64,000 bases of DNA from a bacterium (GTDB lineage: Bacteria > Margulisbacteria > Marinamargulisbacteria > JAHFDA01), in NCBI GenBank assembly GCA_023249225.1, contig JAHFDA010000007.1, forward strand, positions 1,169 through 65,168, given 5' to 3'. Below the pieces are notes generated by a model. It made no database searches and was not told where the DNA came from. It saw only the letters and a program-made list of their open reading frames with translations. Positions 47,785-57,150 of this stretch are shown here, piece after piece. Within the stretch, counting starts at the first letter, position 1. Each line of letters starts with the position of its first letter. The position numbers were made by a program, and so were the translations under genes.

Positions 47785-48756
47785 GTGGAGTTTAATACAG
47801 AAACGGTTAGACAGCGCGAGGCTGTCGATGAATTGGACGTCTATGACCTGGTGATCATTGGTGCCGGTCCAGCAGGCATGTCGGCAGCCATCTACGCTGC
47901 CCGGGGTCAGTTACGAACCATGTTGCTTGAAAAAGCCATGCCCGGTGGTCAAGTCAGCAATATCTGGAAAATTGAAAACTATATCGGCTTTCCCCAAGGC
48001 ATTATCGGTACGGAACTCACCAAACGTATGGAAGCCCACCTCAATGAATTTAAGGTAGAAAAGGCCTGGGGCTATGTATCTGAAATTGAACACCTTGAAG
48101 CCAAGGTCAAATGCGTCAAGACCGATATTGGCAACCGTTACTATACCCGCACCATTATTATCGCATCGGGTCTTGAACCCAAAAAACTTAACGTGCCCGG
48201 AGAACTTCAGTTTCGAGGGCGCGGTGTCTCCTACCTGGCCACGCTCGATGGCCACAATTATCTGGGTAAACACGTGGCCATTATTGGGGGCACCACCGAG
48301 GCGGTAGACAGCGCTTTATATCTGGCGCGTTTTGCAAAAAAAATTTACATCATCTATCCCCAGTCTGAATTACATGCGGTCATGTCGCATAAGCAAAAAA
48401 TTCATGAAAAATCTGATCAGATTGACTGTCTGTGTAATTCGGTTATTGAAGAAATCATGGGTGAAGCCCGTGTGCACGAAATTTGTATTCGTAATACCCT
48501 GACCGATAAAACCCGCGTTATTCCTTGCGAAGGGGTCTTTGTGAATATAGGTAAGAACCCCGAAAACCGCTTTCTAACACCCCAGGTCAAGTTAGACGAA
48601 GAAGGTTTTGTGGTCACAGATGCCTATAACCGTACCACTGTTGAAGGTGTCTTTGCGGCGGGTGATGTGCGTTCAAAATATATTCGTCAAATTGCCACTG
48701 CCGTTGCCGATGGAGCCATTGCGGCTGTGATGGTGGATAAATTTTTACAGCATTAA
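47785..48756 (+). CDS. Thioredoxin-reductase-like flavoprotein lacking the CxxC and NADPH motifs
   Basis: GAGPAG, IENYIGF and GVFAAGDV motifs intact; YLATLDG replaces YCATCDG. Confidence 0.85.
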   Translation: MEFNTETVRQREAVDELDVYDLVIIGAGPAGMSAAIYAARGQLRTMLLEKAMPGGQVSNIWKIENYIGFPQGIIGTELTKRMEAHLNEFKVEKAWGYVSEIEHLEAKVKCVKTDIGNRYYTRTIIIASGLEPKKLNVPGELQFRGRGVSYLATLDGHNYLGKHVAIIGGTTEAVDSALYLARFAKKIYIIYPQSELHAVMSHKQKIHEKSDQIDCLCNSVIEEIMGEARVHEICIRNTLTDKTRVIPCEGVFVNIGKNPENRFLTPQVKLDEEGFVVTDAYNRTTVEGVFAAGDVRSKYIRQIATAVADGAIAAVMVDKFLQH

Positions 48757-48809
48757 TTTTTTTAATGAACCATGTTTAGTATCTTGAGTTAGTTGGGAAG
48801 AGTATAACC

Positions 48810-49214
48810 ATGACATCCCAGACTGCTGCGGCAGGCCTGATTTTGGTTGTGGATGACGACCCCCATATACGCAAGGCACTGGCGATCATGCTGCGCCGGG
48901 AGCAGTACCAGGTGCTTGAAGCATCAGGTGTCGAAGAACTATATGCCGTGTTAGAAGATTGCCGTCCAGATCTGATCTTTTTAGATGTCATGCTAAGCGG
49001 CGAGGATGGTTTTTCGGTTTGCCAGCAGTTAAAAACAGAATCTTTTACCATGGATGTGCCGGTATTCTTACTGACGGCGCGGGGTTTGCATGCTGACGTG
49101 GTGCGGGGGTTTATGTGTGGTGCTTCAGAATATGTGCTTAAACCCTTTTTGGCCAAGGATGTCATTGCACTGGTTAAAAAGTATGTGATGACTCATCCAG
49201 TAAAACAGCGCTGA
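48810..49214 (+). CDS. Single-domain response regulator
   Basis: LVVDDD, LDVML, LTA and KPF motifs. Confidence 0.9.
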   Translation: MTSQTAAAGLILVVDDDPHIRKALAIMLRREQYQVLEASGVEELYAVLEDCRPDLIFLDVMLSGEDGFSVCQQLKTESFTMDVPVFLLTARGLHADVVRGFMCGASEYVLKPFLAKDVIALVKKYVMTHPVKQR

Positions 49215-49222
49215 CGTATCCT

Positions 49223-49675
49223 TTATAACGTAGATAGCAATGCTTGGAGATTGTGAGTCAGATTGAGACGCTGGGGGCTGTCCATTTGTTCCAGCGTGTG
49301 GGCCATGGCTGACAGATGTAACTGGTAATACTGTTCAGCAAGATCCTTTCCTTTTTGAGACAGGCTGACCCGCACCACACGGCGATCACGCGTGTCAGAG
49401 GTTCTTTTTACATAATCCATGCGATGTAAGCGATCCATCATCTGGGTGGCGTTCGAAAGCTCTACATCCAGATGTTTTGCCAGTTCGCTCATGGTCAGGC
49501 TATGGTGTTCGCGAAGTAAAAAAAGGATGCCGATCTGGTTGTAGGTTAAATCAAATGCAAAGTTTTTTGAGGAAATTTGTACCAGGTGTTTTAAACGCCG
49601 GATTAGTTCCGGTATCTTGGTCAACAAGGCGGCGGCCAGTTCTAAATTTTCGTCGGATAGCGCTGTTTCGCCCAT
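49223..49675 (-). CDS. MarR family transcriptional regulator
   Basis: LTMSELAKHL...ATQMMDRL and DRRVVRVSLSQKG motifs. Start moved to ATG 49675. Confidence 0.9.
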   Translation of the reverse strand: MGETALSDENLELAAALLTKIPELIRRLKHLVQISSKNFAFDLTYNQIGILFLLREHHSLTMSELAKHLDVELSNATQMMDRLHRMDYVKRTSDTRDRRVVRVSLSQKGKDLAEQYYQLHLSAMAHTLEQMDSPQRLNLTHNLQALLSTL

Positions 49676-49713
49676 GGATGAGCATACTTTGGCAGTTGGT
49701 ATACTTAATGTCA

Positions 49714-50262
49714 ATGATATTTAATACCCTAAAGCGCTATCAAAAAATGACGCTGTGCCTGGCGGTTTTTATGGGCCTGTTTGTTTTTCCAGCCTGGGCC
49801 AAGGCAGAAAATATTAAATTGCAGATCAAAGCAAGTCCCGTGACGCCTGCGGCAGAAATCGTGTGGAGTGAGTATCTCAATGGTTTGGCCGAAGGCCGAA
49901 AACAAAAGAAGCCGATTTTTATCGATTTTTACACAGACTGGTGTCACTGGTGCCATGAACTTGATCGCGTGACTTACCAGGACAAACAAGTCATCCGCTT
50001 GATGAACGAAAAATTGATTGCTATCAGAATCAACGCCGAATCTAAAACGGGCATGTCCATTGCGCGGCAGTATCCGATCCGGGGCTATCCCAGTCTGTGG
50101 TTTTTAAATTCTAACGGGGACGTCATTACGCCGATCAATGGTTACGTGGAACCTCACAACATGGTGTCGATTTTGCTTTATATGGGTGATCATTATTTCG
50201 AACAAATGAATTACGATGAATTTATGAAGTCGATCTATCCAAAGTTAAAAGTGGAAAGTTAA
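49714..50262 (+). CDS. Exported thioredoxin-fold protein
   Basis: Signal peptide; WCHWC active site; RGYP. Confidence 0.88.
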   Translation: MIFNTLKRYQKMTLCLAVFMGLFVFPAWAKAENIKLQIKASPVTPAAEIVWSEYLNGLAEGRKQKKPIFIDFYTDWCHWCHELDRVTYQDKQVIRLMNEKLIAIRINAESKTGMSIARQYPIRGYPSLWFLNSNGDVITPINGYVEPHNMVSILLYMGDHYFEQMNYDEFMKSIYPKLKVES

Positions 50263-50282
50263 AAATAAAAAGTAAAAAGTGG
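50241..50282 (+). repeat. Heptamer tandem repeat (AAAGTRR-like x6)
   Basis: aaagtta aaagtgg aaagtta aaaataa aaagtaa aaagtgg; holds the upstream stop and the ccdA GTG. Confidence 0.7.
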
Positions 50283-50998
50283 ATACGTCCTTGCTTGTCA
50301 GCATCAGTTACGGTTCTGCTTTTTTAGCAGGGCTGGCTTCGTTTCTTACGCCTTGTGTGTTGCCGCTCGTGCCGGTGTACTTAAGTTATCTGGGGGGCGT
50401 GTCAGTGGGCGAACTGGCCCAGCTCGACCGACACAAGCAGCCGCGTTTGTGGCTGAATGGTTTATGTTTTATTGCGGGTTTTTCTACGGTCTTTATTGCC
50501 CTGGGCGCCAGCGCCACCACGTTGGGGCGTTTTTTATTGATCCATCTGGGCGCGGTGGAACGTCTGGCAGGTGCGCTGGTCTTGTTCTTTGGTCTGTTCC
50601 TGGCGGGGTTGATCAAAGTTCCCACTTTGTGGCGTACGCTAAATATCAAGTGGTTTACGCCTCGCCCCGGCATTGGCTTAGGGGGTTCCTGGTTGCTTGG
50701 GTTTACCTTTGCTTTTGGCTGGACGCCCTGCGTTGGGCCTATTTTAGGGGCCATTCTGGCCTTGGCAGCCACCAAACAACATATTGCTTCGGGTATCACA
50801 CTGCTGGCGCTTTATTCTCTTGGGTTGGCTCTGCCCTTTATCCTGGTTTTGCTTGGCTTGCAGTGGGCCTTGCCGCGCATTAAACATATGCAACGCCATG
50901 CGCCCGTGATTGAAAAAATTTCAGCCTTCGGACTCATCCTGCTTGGGGGAGCCATGCTGCTGGGGTGGTTTTCCAGACTAAGTAGTTTGTTGGGTTAG
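50279..50998 (+). CDS. ccdA: Cytochrome c biogenesis protein CcdA
   Basis: SFLTPCVLPLVP, GWTPCVGPIL and YSLGLALPF motifs. Confidence 0.93.
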   Translation: MDTSLLVSISYGSAFLAGLASFLTPCVLPLVPVYLSYLGGVSVGELAQLDRHKQPRLWLNGLCFIAGFSTVFIALGASATTLGRFLLIHLGAVERLAGALVLFFGLFLAGLIKVPTLWRTLNIKWFTPRPGIGLGGSWLLGFTFAFGWTPCVGPILGAILALAATKQHIASGITLLALYSLGLALPFILVLLGLQWALPRIKHMQRHAPVIEKISAFGLILLGGAMLLGWFSRLSSLLG

Positions 50999-51098
50999 TA
51001 CCTCGACCGCATGAATTTGTTACTATTTTCTGATGAAACGCTGCGTGCGGCTCAGTACAGGCCGTGATTTGTTATTTAAAATTCAATCGGTCACGGCA

Positions 51099-51596
51099 CT
51101 AGTCTTTACTATTGATCGCTTCGTTAATGCCCAGCGTTTCGTTTAAGTATTTTGAAAGCTGATCCGAAAGCACTTTAGGAATTCTGACCGCAAAAAACGA
51201 GGTGGCTTCGTCGACGTGTTCTGCTTTAAACCAGCCTTTTTCGGCCATGTGGCGCAGGGCTGATTTATTAACCCCCTTGGCCACCTTGCGGCTGGTTTCG
51301 CTGATGTTTCTGGACATCTCTTTAAGAATTTCACGTTCTTCAGAATCGATGGAAAGGTTTTCATCACTGGCTTCTGTGGCAGCGCTTTCGCCGGTTTCTT
51401 CAGTACCTTCGGTGACCGTCTGAATTGCGGGCCGACCAAGCTCTGGCGGTAGCCCGGCGTTGCCCACGCTTTCTTTTTTTTGCTGTTTTTGCACTTCGTC
51501 CTTAGAAGCTGCGGCAGCAGCACTTGCACTACGGCTGGCTTGATGGGCCTGCGAAACCTGGCTTGGCATTGGCGGAACGGCACCCACTTGAGTCAT
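51099..51596 (-). CDS. Hypothetical protein
   Basis: SD AAGGAG; low-complexity Ala/Gln/Glu-rich N-terminal half. Confidence 0.65.
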   Translation of the reverse strand: MTQVGAVPPMPSQVSQAHQASRSASAAAAASKDEVQKQQKKESVGNAGLPPELGRPAIQTVTEGTEETGESAATEASDENLSIDSEEREILKEMSRNISETSRKVAKGVNKSALRHMAEKGWFKAEHVDEATSFFAVRIPKVLSDQLSKYLNETLGINEAINSKD

Positions 51597-51720
51597 GGCA
51601 TTACTCCTTTTATGTTACTTGCTACAGTAGTATGCCATTTGTGCCCTGCCAGGCTTTGTTTTAAACCCCATAATTTTTCCTTGAAATCTTGACGGTTTTT
51701 TAGTAAATTTTACTGATCCT

Positions 51721-53508
51721 ATGATCAGCGACGAAATGTCACGTTTGCTTTTTAAAGTTCGCAAGCCTGGACGCTATGTGGGGGGTGAACTGGGCGCACT
51801 GAATTCTGATTTAAAGCACGCTGCGGACGTGCGGGTGGTGTTGTGTTACCCAGACTTATATGAGGTGGGTGCTGATAACGGCGGCATACAGCTTTTGTAT
51901 CAATGTCTCAATCATGTTCCCGATATTCTTTGTCACCGGGTTTTCTGTCCGGATCTTGATTTGGAACAAGCCCTGCATGCCACCGGTGTGGGCTTATGGA
52001 CGCTCGAAAGTCACGAGCCAGTTCGAGACTATCACTTCTTAGGTTTTTCTCTGGCTACCGAACTTAGCTATATTAATTTGATTACTGTTCTTAAATCATC
52101 TGCTCTTCCGGTGATTGCGGCCAATCGTGGGGACGCGGATTCCTGGGTTTTTGCTGGGGGTCCCGCCGGGTATAACCCCGAGCCGGTGGCAGCTTTTATT
52201 GATTTTTTTGTGCTGGGAGAGGCTGAAGATGTACTGCCACAATTGCTGGTGCAACTGTGGCAGCGCCGTGCCACGCCGCGTACAGAGCGTTTGGCCTGGT
52301 TGAGCCAGCAACCCGGTGTATACGTGCCCGCGTGTTATCAATTTGAATATCAGGGTGTGCAGATTGCAGCCACCCGTTACCTGGGAAGAGGTCAGGAACG
52401 GGTGACGCGCCTGGTGGCCAAGTCGTTTCAAGATGCAGTCAAAACGTTGCGACCGGTGCTGCCTGCCGTCGAAACGGTGTTCGACCGCGATAACGTGCAA
52501 ATCTTGCGGGGGTGTCCGCACAAATGTCGTTTTTGCCAGATCAGTTTTATCACTACGCCGGTGCGTGAACGACCCGCTGACGACGTGGTTTCAGAAGCCA
52601 TGGCAAGCTTGGCTTATAGTGGGCGCGAGGGGGTTTCGCTGCTGTCGCTTAGTTCCAGCGACCATACCCAAATTGAGGATATGATTGGCCGTATTGAATC
52701 TGAACTGACTCCCAAACAAGTGTCTGTCACCCTTCCCAGTTTGCGGGTGGATACCTTTAATGAGACCTTGGCGGTTAAAAGCCGGGCGGTGCGCGATACG
52801 GGCCTTACCCTGGCCCCCGAAGGAGGCAGCCAGCGTATGCGTGACGTGGTAAGCAAGCATATTTCCGAGGAACAGATCCTGCGCAGTCTGCAGGTGGCTT
52901 GCCGCGCTGGCATGACGCGCATGAAGTTATATTTTGTCATCGGACTACCCGGCGAGGATGAAAGTGACCTTTTGGCCATTGCCGATCTGGGGCGTAAACT
53001 CGTTGACGCTGCCAGAGAGCTTGGTCACAATAAGTTTAAGGTTACGATCAGTTGTTCGATCCTGGTTCCCAAGCCGCATACGCCCTTTCAGTGGTTAAGG
53101 CAGATAAGCAGGGAAGAGGCCGAAGCAAAATTAAATTTTTTGAAAAAAAATGAAAAGGGGAGAAACGTGGAGTTGCGTTGGCATGATCCGCAGATGGCGG
53201 AGTTAGAAGGTATTCTTAGCCGTGGCGACCGGCGTATGGCAACCGCTTTACTGGCAGCCCACGACCGGGGATGCCGCCTGGATGCTTGGAACGAACATTT
53301 AAACTACGGTTTTTGGCTAGAAGCTTTAGCCCAGACCGGATTTGAAACTACCCAGTGTTTGCGCGCACGTGACACTGAAGAAATTCTGCCGTGGCAGTGG
53401 GTGAACACCGGCGTTCCGCTGGCTTATCTTAAAAAAGAGCACGAAAAAACGCAGCAGATGCTGGCCACCTCCGAAGCCGAAATGCAAGTTGCTGGTCAGG
53501 CTTTGTAG
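51721..53508 (+). CDS. TIGR03960 family radical SAM protein
   Basis: KPGRYVGGE, YPDLYEVG, RGCPHKCRFC, PKPHTPFQW and LPW motifs. Confidence 0.88.
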   Translation: MISDEMSRLLFKVRKPGRYVGGELGALNSDLKHAADVRVVLCYPDLYEVGADNGGIQLLYQCLNHVPDILCHRVFCPDLDLEQALHATGVGLWTLESHEPVRDYHFLGFSLATELSYINLITVLKSSALPVIAANRGDADSWVFAGGPAGYNPEPVAAFIDFFVLGEAEDVLPQLLVQLWQRRATPRTERLAWLSQQPGVYVPACYQFEYQGVQIAATRYLGRGQERVTRLVAKSFQDAVKTLRPVLPAVETVFDRDNVQILRGCPHKCRFCQISFITTPVRERPADDVVSEAMASLAYSGREGVSLLSLSSSDHTQIEDMIGRIESELTPKQVSVTLPSLRVDTFNETLAVKSRAVRDTGLTLAPEGGSQRMRDVVSKHISEEQILRSLQVACRAGMTRMKLYFVIGLPGEDESDLLAIADLGRKLVDAARELGHNKFKVTISCSILVPKPHTPFQWLRQISREEAEAKLNFLKKNEKGRNVELRWHDPQMAELEGILSRGDRRMATALLAAHDRGCRLDAWNEHLNYGFWLEALAQTGFETTQCLRARDTEEILPWQWVNTGVPLAYLKKEHEKTQQMLATSEAEMQVAGQAL

Positions 53509-53535
53509 GTGTCAATTTTTGCAAGGGAGGATCCC

Positions 53536-54558
53536 ATGGGTATTAAGAAAAAGGTAACCGCCAAAGAAGTGGCCGATTTGGCTGGCGTGTCGCTGTCGAC
53601 CATTTCGCAAACTTTTAATAATCCCAACCGGGTGGGCGAGGAAAACCGCAAGAAGGTGCTCGAATCTGCCCGCAAATTAGGCTATGAAGTGCCCAAACGG
53701 CAAAAAAAGATCTATGGCCTGATTGGATTGTTGATTGAGCGTTGGGTTGAAACGACCTTGGTAAACCCGTTTTATTCGTTTGTGATCAAGGGTATGTTAG
53801 ACGGTGCCAACAAGAACGGCTATACCATCATGATCGAAACCATTGATAAGGACGAAATTGTTTTTCCAAAGATGATTAAAGATGGACTCATTGACGGCAT
53901 CTTGCTGGTGGGTCGGGTACGGCTCGAGTACGTGCAGCTTTTGCAAGGCAAAAATGTGCCCTTTGTGCTGGTGGATCATTACATTCCCAACACCAATGTG
54001 AACTATGTTTTAAGTGACGGTCGCATGGGTGCGTTTAACGGCACGCAATATTTGATCGACAACGGGCACCGCAAAATTGGTTTGGTGGGTGGACCAGGAG
54101 ACCTGGTTACGATCAATGAGCGCGAGGAGGGTTTTCGGTCGGCGCTTGAAAAAAATGGTCTAACCTACAATCCCAAATGGCGGGTCGAAGGAAACTTTGA
54201 GTTTGAGTCGGCGCGTCAAGCCATGACCAAGTTTGTAAAATCAAGCGCTCCGGGCACGCGTCCGACGGCTTATTTTTGCGTCAATGACCTCATGGCCCTG
54301 GGATCAATTCAGGCTTACCGTGATGCGGGTTTGAAGGTACCCGAAGATGCGTCTTTTATGGGCTTTGACAATATTGAAGTTTCATTTAACGCCAATTTGT
54401 ATAAGTCTACCCTGACGACGGTCGGCGTACGTAAAGAGGATCTGGGCGAAAAAGCCGTGGAACTGCTGAAAGAACTCATTGCGCATCCCGATAAAGATCC
54501 GACCAAAACCATTTTGCCAACAGAACTGGTGATCAGGGAGACAGTAAAGCCAGTATAG
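53536..54558 (+). CDS. LacI family transcriptional regulator
   Basis: VADLAGVSLSTIS helix-turn-helix; NDLMALG, GFDN and LVIRET motifs; SD GGAGG. Confidence 0.93.
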   Translation: MGIKKKVTAKEVADLAGVSLSTISQTFNNPNRVGEENRKKVLESARKLGYEVPKRQKKIYGLIGLLIERWVETTLVNPFYSFVIKGMLDGANKNGYTIMIETIDKDEIVFPKMIKDGLIDGILLVGRVRLEYVQLLQGKNVPFVLVDHYIPNTNVNYVLSDGRMGAFNGTQYLIDNGHRKIGLVGGPGDLVTINEREEGFRSALEKNGLTYNPKWRVEGNFEFESARQAMTKFVKSSAPGTRPTAYFCVNDLMALGSIQAYRDAGLKVPEDASFMGFDNIEVSFNANLYKSTLTTVGVRKEDLGEKAVELLKELIAHPDKDPTKTILPTELVIRETVKPV

Positions 54559-54722
54559 TTTTTCATAAGTTTTAATAAAATTTATGTAATATCTAGTAAA
54601 ATAAATACCCTTTATTTTATTTCTTCACGATAATGGTTTACTCGCAAGCTAAACAGCATCAGTGTTTGTGCTGATGGCTTTCGGGGAATATATCAAGTTA
54701 GCTTAGAAAGGTGCGTGTATTA

Positions 54723-55262
54723 ATGAACGCAAAAACAGATTTTCGAATTAAGGATATTAAAAAACCAGTCTCGATTAAATATCGGAACACTTCCAAGATT
54801 GTTGCACATGAGTACGGATGGCTGCTAAAGGGCCGGGGACAAGAAGTATTGATTCGAGTGGCCCTGTCCGAGACCTGGCCCGAAGATGCCAAAATGGTAA
54901 TCGACACCACCCAGTTTAAAGGCCCTTGCGAAGTAAGCGTCAACCATCAGTTACAAGACGATGAACATGTTTTGATCGTCACCAGCTTGATCAACAACGA
55001 AAAAAAAGAAAGCATGCTGCGTCTACGCGATATTCCGGTGATTCACGTGGATATTGATGAGCGCGCCAAAATTCAGTTTAAGGCCGAAGTCAATGGCATT
55101 CAGTTTATCGTGTCTCCCAGCCGTGAAGAAACCATTGCCTTTAATGCCGACGAAAATGAGTTAAATTTCTTTAATGGTTTTAGAAAAATTCATGTTGACC
55201 TTGCTAAAAAGCTGCACGTTGAACTGAATGCGGATCAGATTATTGACGATATCAGGATCTGA
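54723..55262 (+). CDS. Hypothetical protein
   Basis: 179 aa, beta-rich; no recognised family. Confidence 0.6.
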   Translation: MNAKTDFRIKDIKKPVSIKYRNTSKIVAHEYGWLLKGRGQEVLIRVALSETWPEDAKMVIDTTQFKGPCEVSVNHQLQDDEHVLIVTSLINNEKKESMLRLRDIPVIHVDIDERAKIQFKAEVNGIQFIVSPSREETIAFNADENELNFFNGFRKIHVDLAKKLHVELNADQIIDDIRI

Positions 55263-55273
55263 TTTTTATTAGT

Positions 55274-55321
55274 AAACGCGGAGTAGGTTTTTTTGTTCCG
55301 CATTCCGCGTTTCGCGTTCCA
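55274..55321. terminator. Hairpin and heptamer repeat between convergent genes
   Basis: AAACGCGGAGT pairs with ATTCCGCGTTT; heptamers tgttccg cattccg cgtttcg cgttcca. Confidence 0.5.
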
Positions 55322-55323
55322 CA

Positions 55324-56757
55324 TTATTTCTTCCCCAGGTGCGCAAACATGGCTTTTTTGTACGCTTCCACCCCAGGCTGGTCAAAAGGATTCACGCCCA
55401 GTAAGTAAGCACTGATCGCCACCGCGTATTCGAAAAAGTAAAAAACTTGACCAAGAGTATAAGGGTTGATATGCGGAATGCGCACCGTCAGGTTAGGCAC
55501 ACCACCGGCGCTATGCGCTTCGGCAGTGCCGCGAAAGGCCTGTTCATTGACCCAGTGCAGGGGCTGTCCCTGCAGGTAATTTAGGCCATCGGGGTCTTGG
55601 GGCAGGGCCGGAACCGGCAGCTTGTTGTGGCTTTTTTCTACCCATAGGAACGTTTCAAATAACTGGCGGCGACCATCCTGGATGTATTGGCCCAGGCTAT
55701 GTAAATCGGTGGTAAAGCAGACGCTGGCCGGAAAGAGGCCCTTGCCGTCCTTGCCCTCTGACTCTCCAAAGAGCTGCTTCCACCATTCGGCCACGTTGCG
55801 CAGCGCATTTTGAAAGTGCGCCAGCACTTCGATGCTGTAACCGCGTTGGGCCAGCAAATAACGGATGGCGGCATATTGCAGGGCCGGGTTTTCCATCAGG
55901 GGTTTTTGGCGGCAACGGGTTTCCATGTCTGCGGCGCCAGCCATGATTTCGGCAATGTCGATGCCGGCCATGGCAATCGGAAACAAGCCCACGGGCGTGA
56001 GCAGCGAAAAACGGCCGCCGACATTGTCTGGAATGACAAAGGTCGGAAAACCGTAGGTCTTGGCTAATTTCTTTAACACGCCCTGTCGGGCATCGGTGGT
56101 GGCCACCACGCAGTGGCGCATGTCCTGACCCGCTTGGGAAAACAAGTCCATAAAATAACGAAAAGCCAGTGCTGTTTCGGTGGTGGTGCCCGATTTGCTA
56201 ATCACGTTGAGTCCCACCCGGCGTCCATCGCACATGTCGAGCAAGCTGCGAAACTCGTCGGCGTCTAAATGCTGTCCGCAAAAATAAATTTCGGGGCGTC
56301 CGGCGCGGGCTTCGGCGCCCAGCTGGTTGTAATACGGCGGCAGAATGGCGTCGAGTGTTGCTTTGGCTCCTAAATAACTGCCGCCAATGCCGCAACCTAC
56401 AAAGACATCCACGTTGGCGGCCATGCGGTCAGCCGCACGCTTGATGGTTTTAAGCAGTGTGGGACTGGTTTTTGAAGGCAAGTCTAGCCAACCTAAAAAG
56501 TCGCTGCCTGCGCCGCTGCGGGTTTCTAAAAGCGTTTGGGCGTGCAAGGCCTGGGGTTCGATCTGGCGCAGCTCACGTTCTGATATAAACGGAAGGATAT
56601 TGGCAAGGTCAAGTTGCAGCTGGTTGTCCTGGCGGTATGCGCGGGTTTTAAACGGATGCCGTTTTTCGTGCGCACGCTTTAAATGCCTGATGTGCAGGGT
56701 GTTGGGATCTAAATTTTTCAGACGTAACGGTTTAACAGCGGTAAGTTTTTGTTTCAT
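55324..56757 (-). CDS. pgi: Glucose-6-phosphate isomerase
   Basis: GIGGSYLG, SKSGTTTE, GGRFS, QLFGESEGK and NPFDQPGVEAYK motifs. Confidence 0.96.
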   Translation of the reverse strand: MKQKLTAVKPLRLKNLDPNTLHIRHLKRAHEKRHPFKTRAYRQDNQLQLDLANILPFISERELRQIEPQALHAQTLLETRSGAGSDFLGWLDLPSKTSPTLLKTIKRAADRMAANVDVFVGCGIGGSYLGAKATLDAILPPYYNQLGAEARAGRPEIYFCGQHLDADEFRSLLDMCDGRRVGLNVISKSGTTTETALAFRYFMDLFSQAGQDMRHCVVATTDARQGVLKKLAKTYGFPTFVIPDNVGGRFSLLTPVGLFPIAMAGIDIAEIMAGAADMETRCRQKPLMENPALQYAAIRYLLAQRGYSIEVLAHFQNALRNVAEWWKQLFGESEGKDGKGLFPASVCFTTDLHSLGQYIQDGRRQLFETFLWVEKSHNKLPVPALPQDPDGLNYLQGQPLHWVNEQAFRGTAEAHSAGGVPNLTVRIPHINPYTLGQVFYFFEYAVAISAYLLGVNPFDQPGVEAYKKAMFAHLGKK

Positions 56758-56871
56758 CGTTCTTCCTTGCTTCAATTGAGAAGATCTTTTCACGAAACCC
56801 ATAAACTTCCTTTCTACTGATTCTTCGTATACCAGCAAACCTTGATTTCAGACGATTTGGCAGTCCTATTT

Positions 56872-57150
56872 ACCACCTTCGGTGGTCGGTGTGAGCTGCC
56901 TTTGGCAGAGTCACACATGTGGTCGGCGTGAACTGCCTTAGGCAGAGTCACCGATGTAGTCGCTAACGCTCCATCTTACTGACCACCTTCGGTGGTCGGC
57001 GTGAGCTGCCTTAGGCAGAGTCACCGATGTAGTCGCTAACGCTCCATCTTACTGACCACCTTCGGTGGTCGGCGTGAGCTGCCTTAGGCAGAGTCACCGA
57101 TGTAGTCGCTAACGCTCCATCTTACTGACCACCTTCGGTGGTCGGCGTGA
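56872..57150 (-). repeat. tRNA-3'-end tandem repeat array (3 x 73 bp plus 37-bp half unit)
   Basis: TGGTCGGYGTGA recurs at 56883, 56920, 56993, 57066 and 57139. Confidence 0.95.

Noticed and set aside
54630..54700. Possible riboswitch before the 54723 gene (CATCAG/CTGATG hairpin)
   Set aside because: Only short stems, with no recognisable aptamer consensus; an Rfam/Infernal scan would be needed.
56872..57150. CRISPR array
   Set aside because: The units are near-identical over their whole length, so there are no unique spacers, and no cas genes are present.
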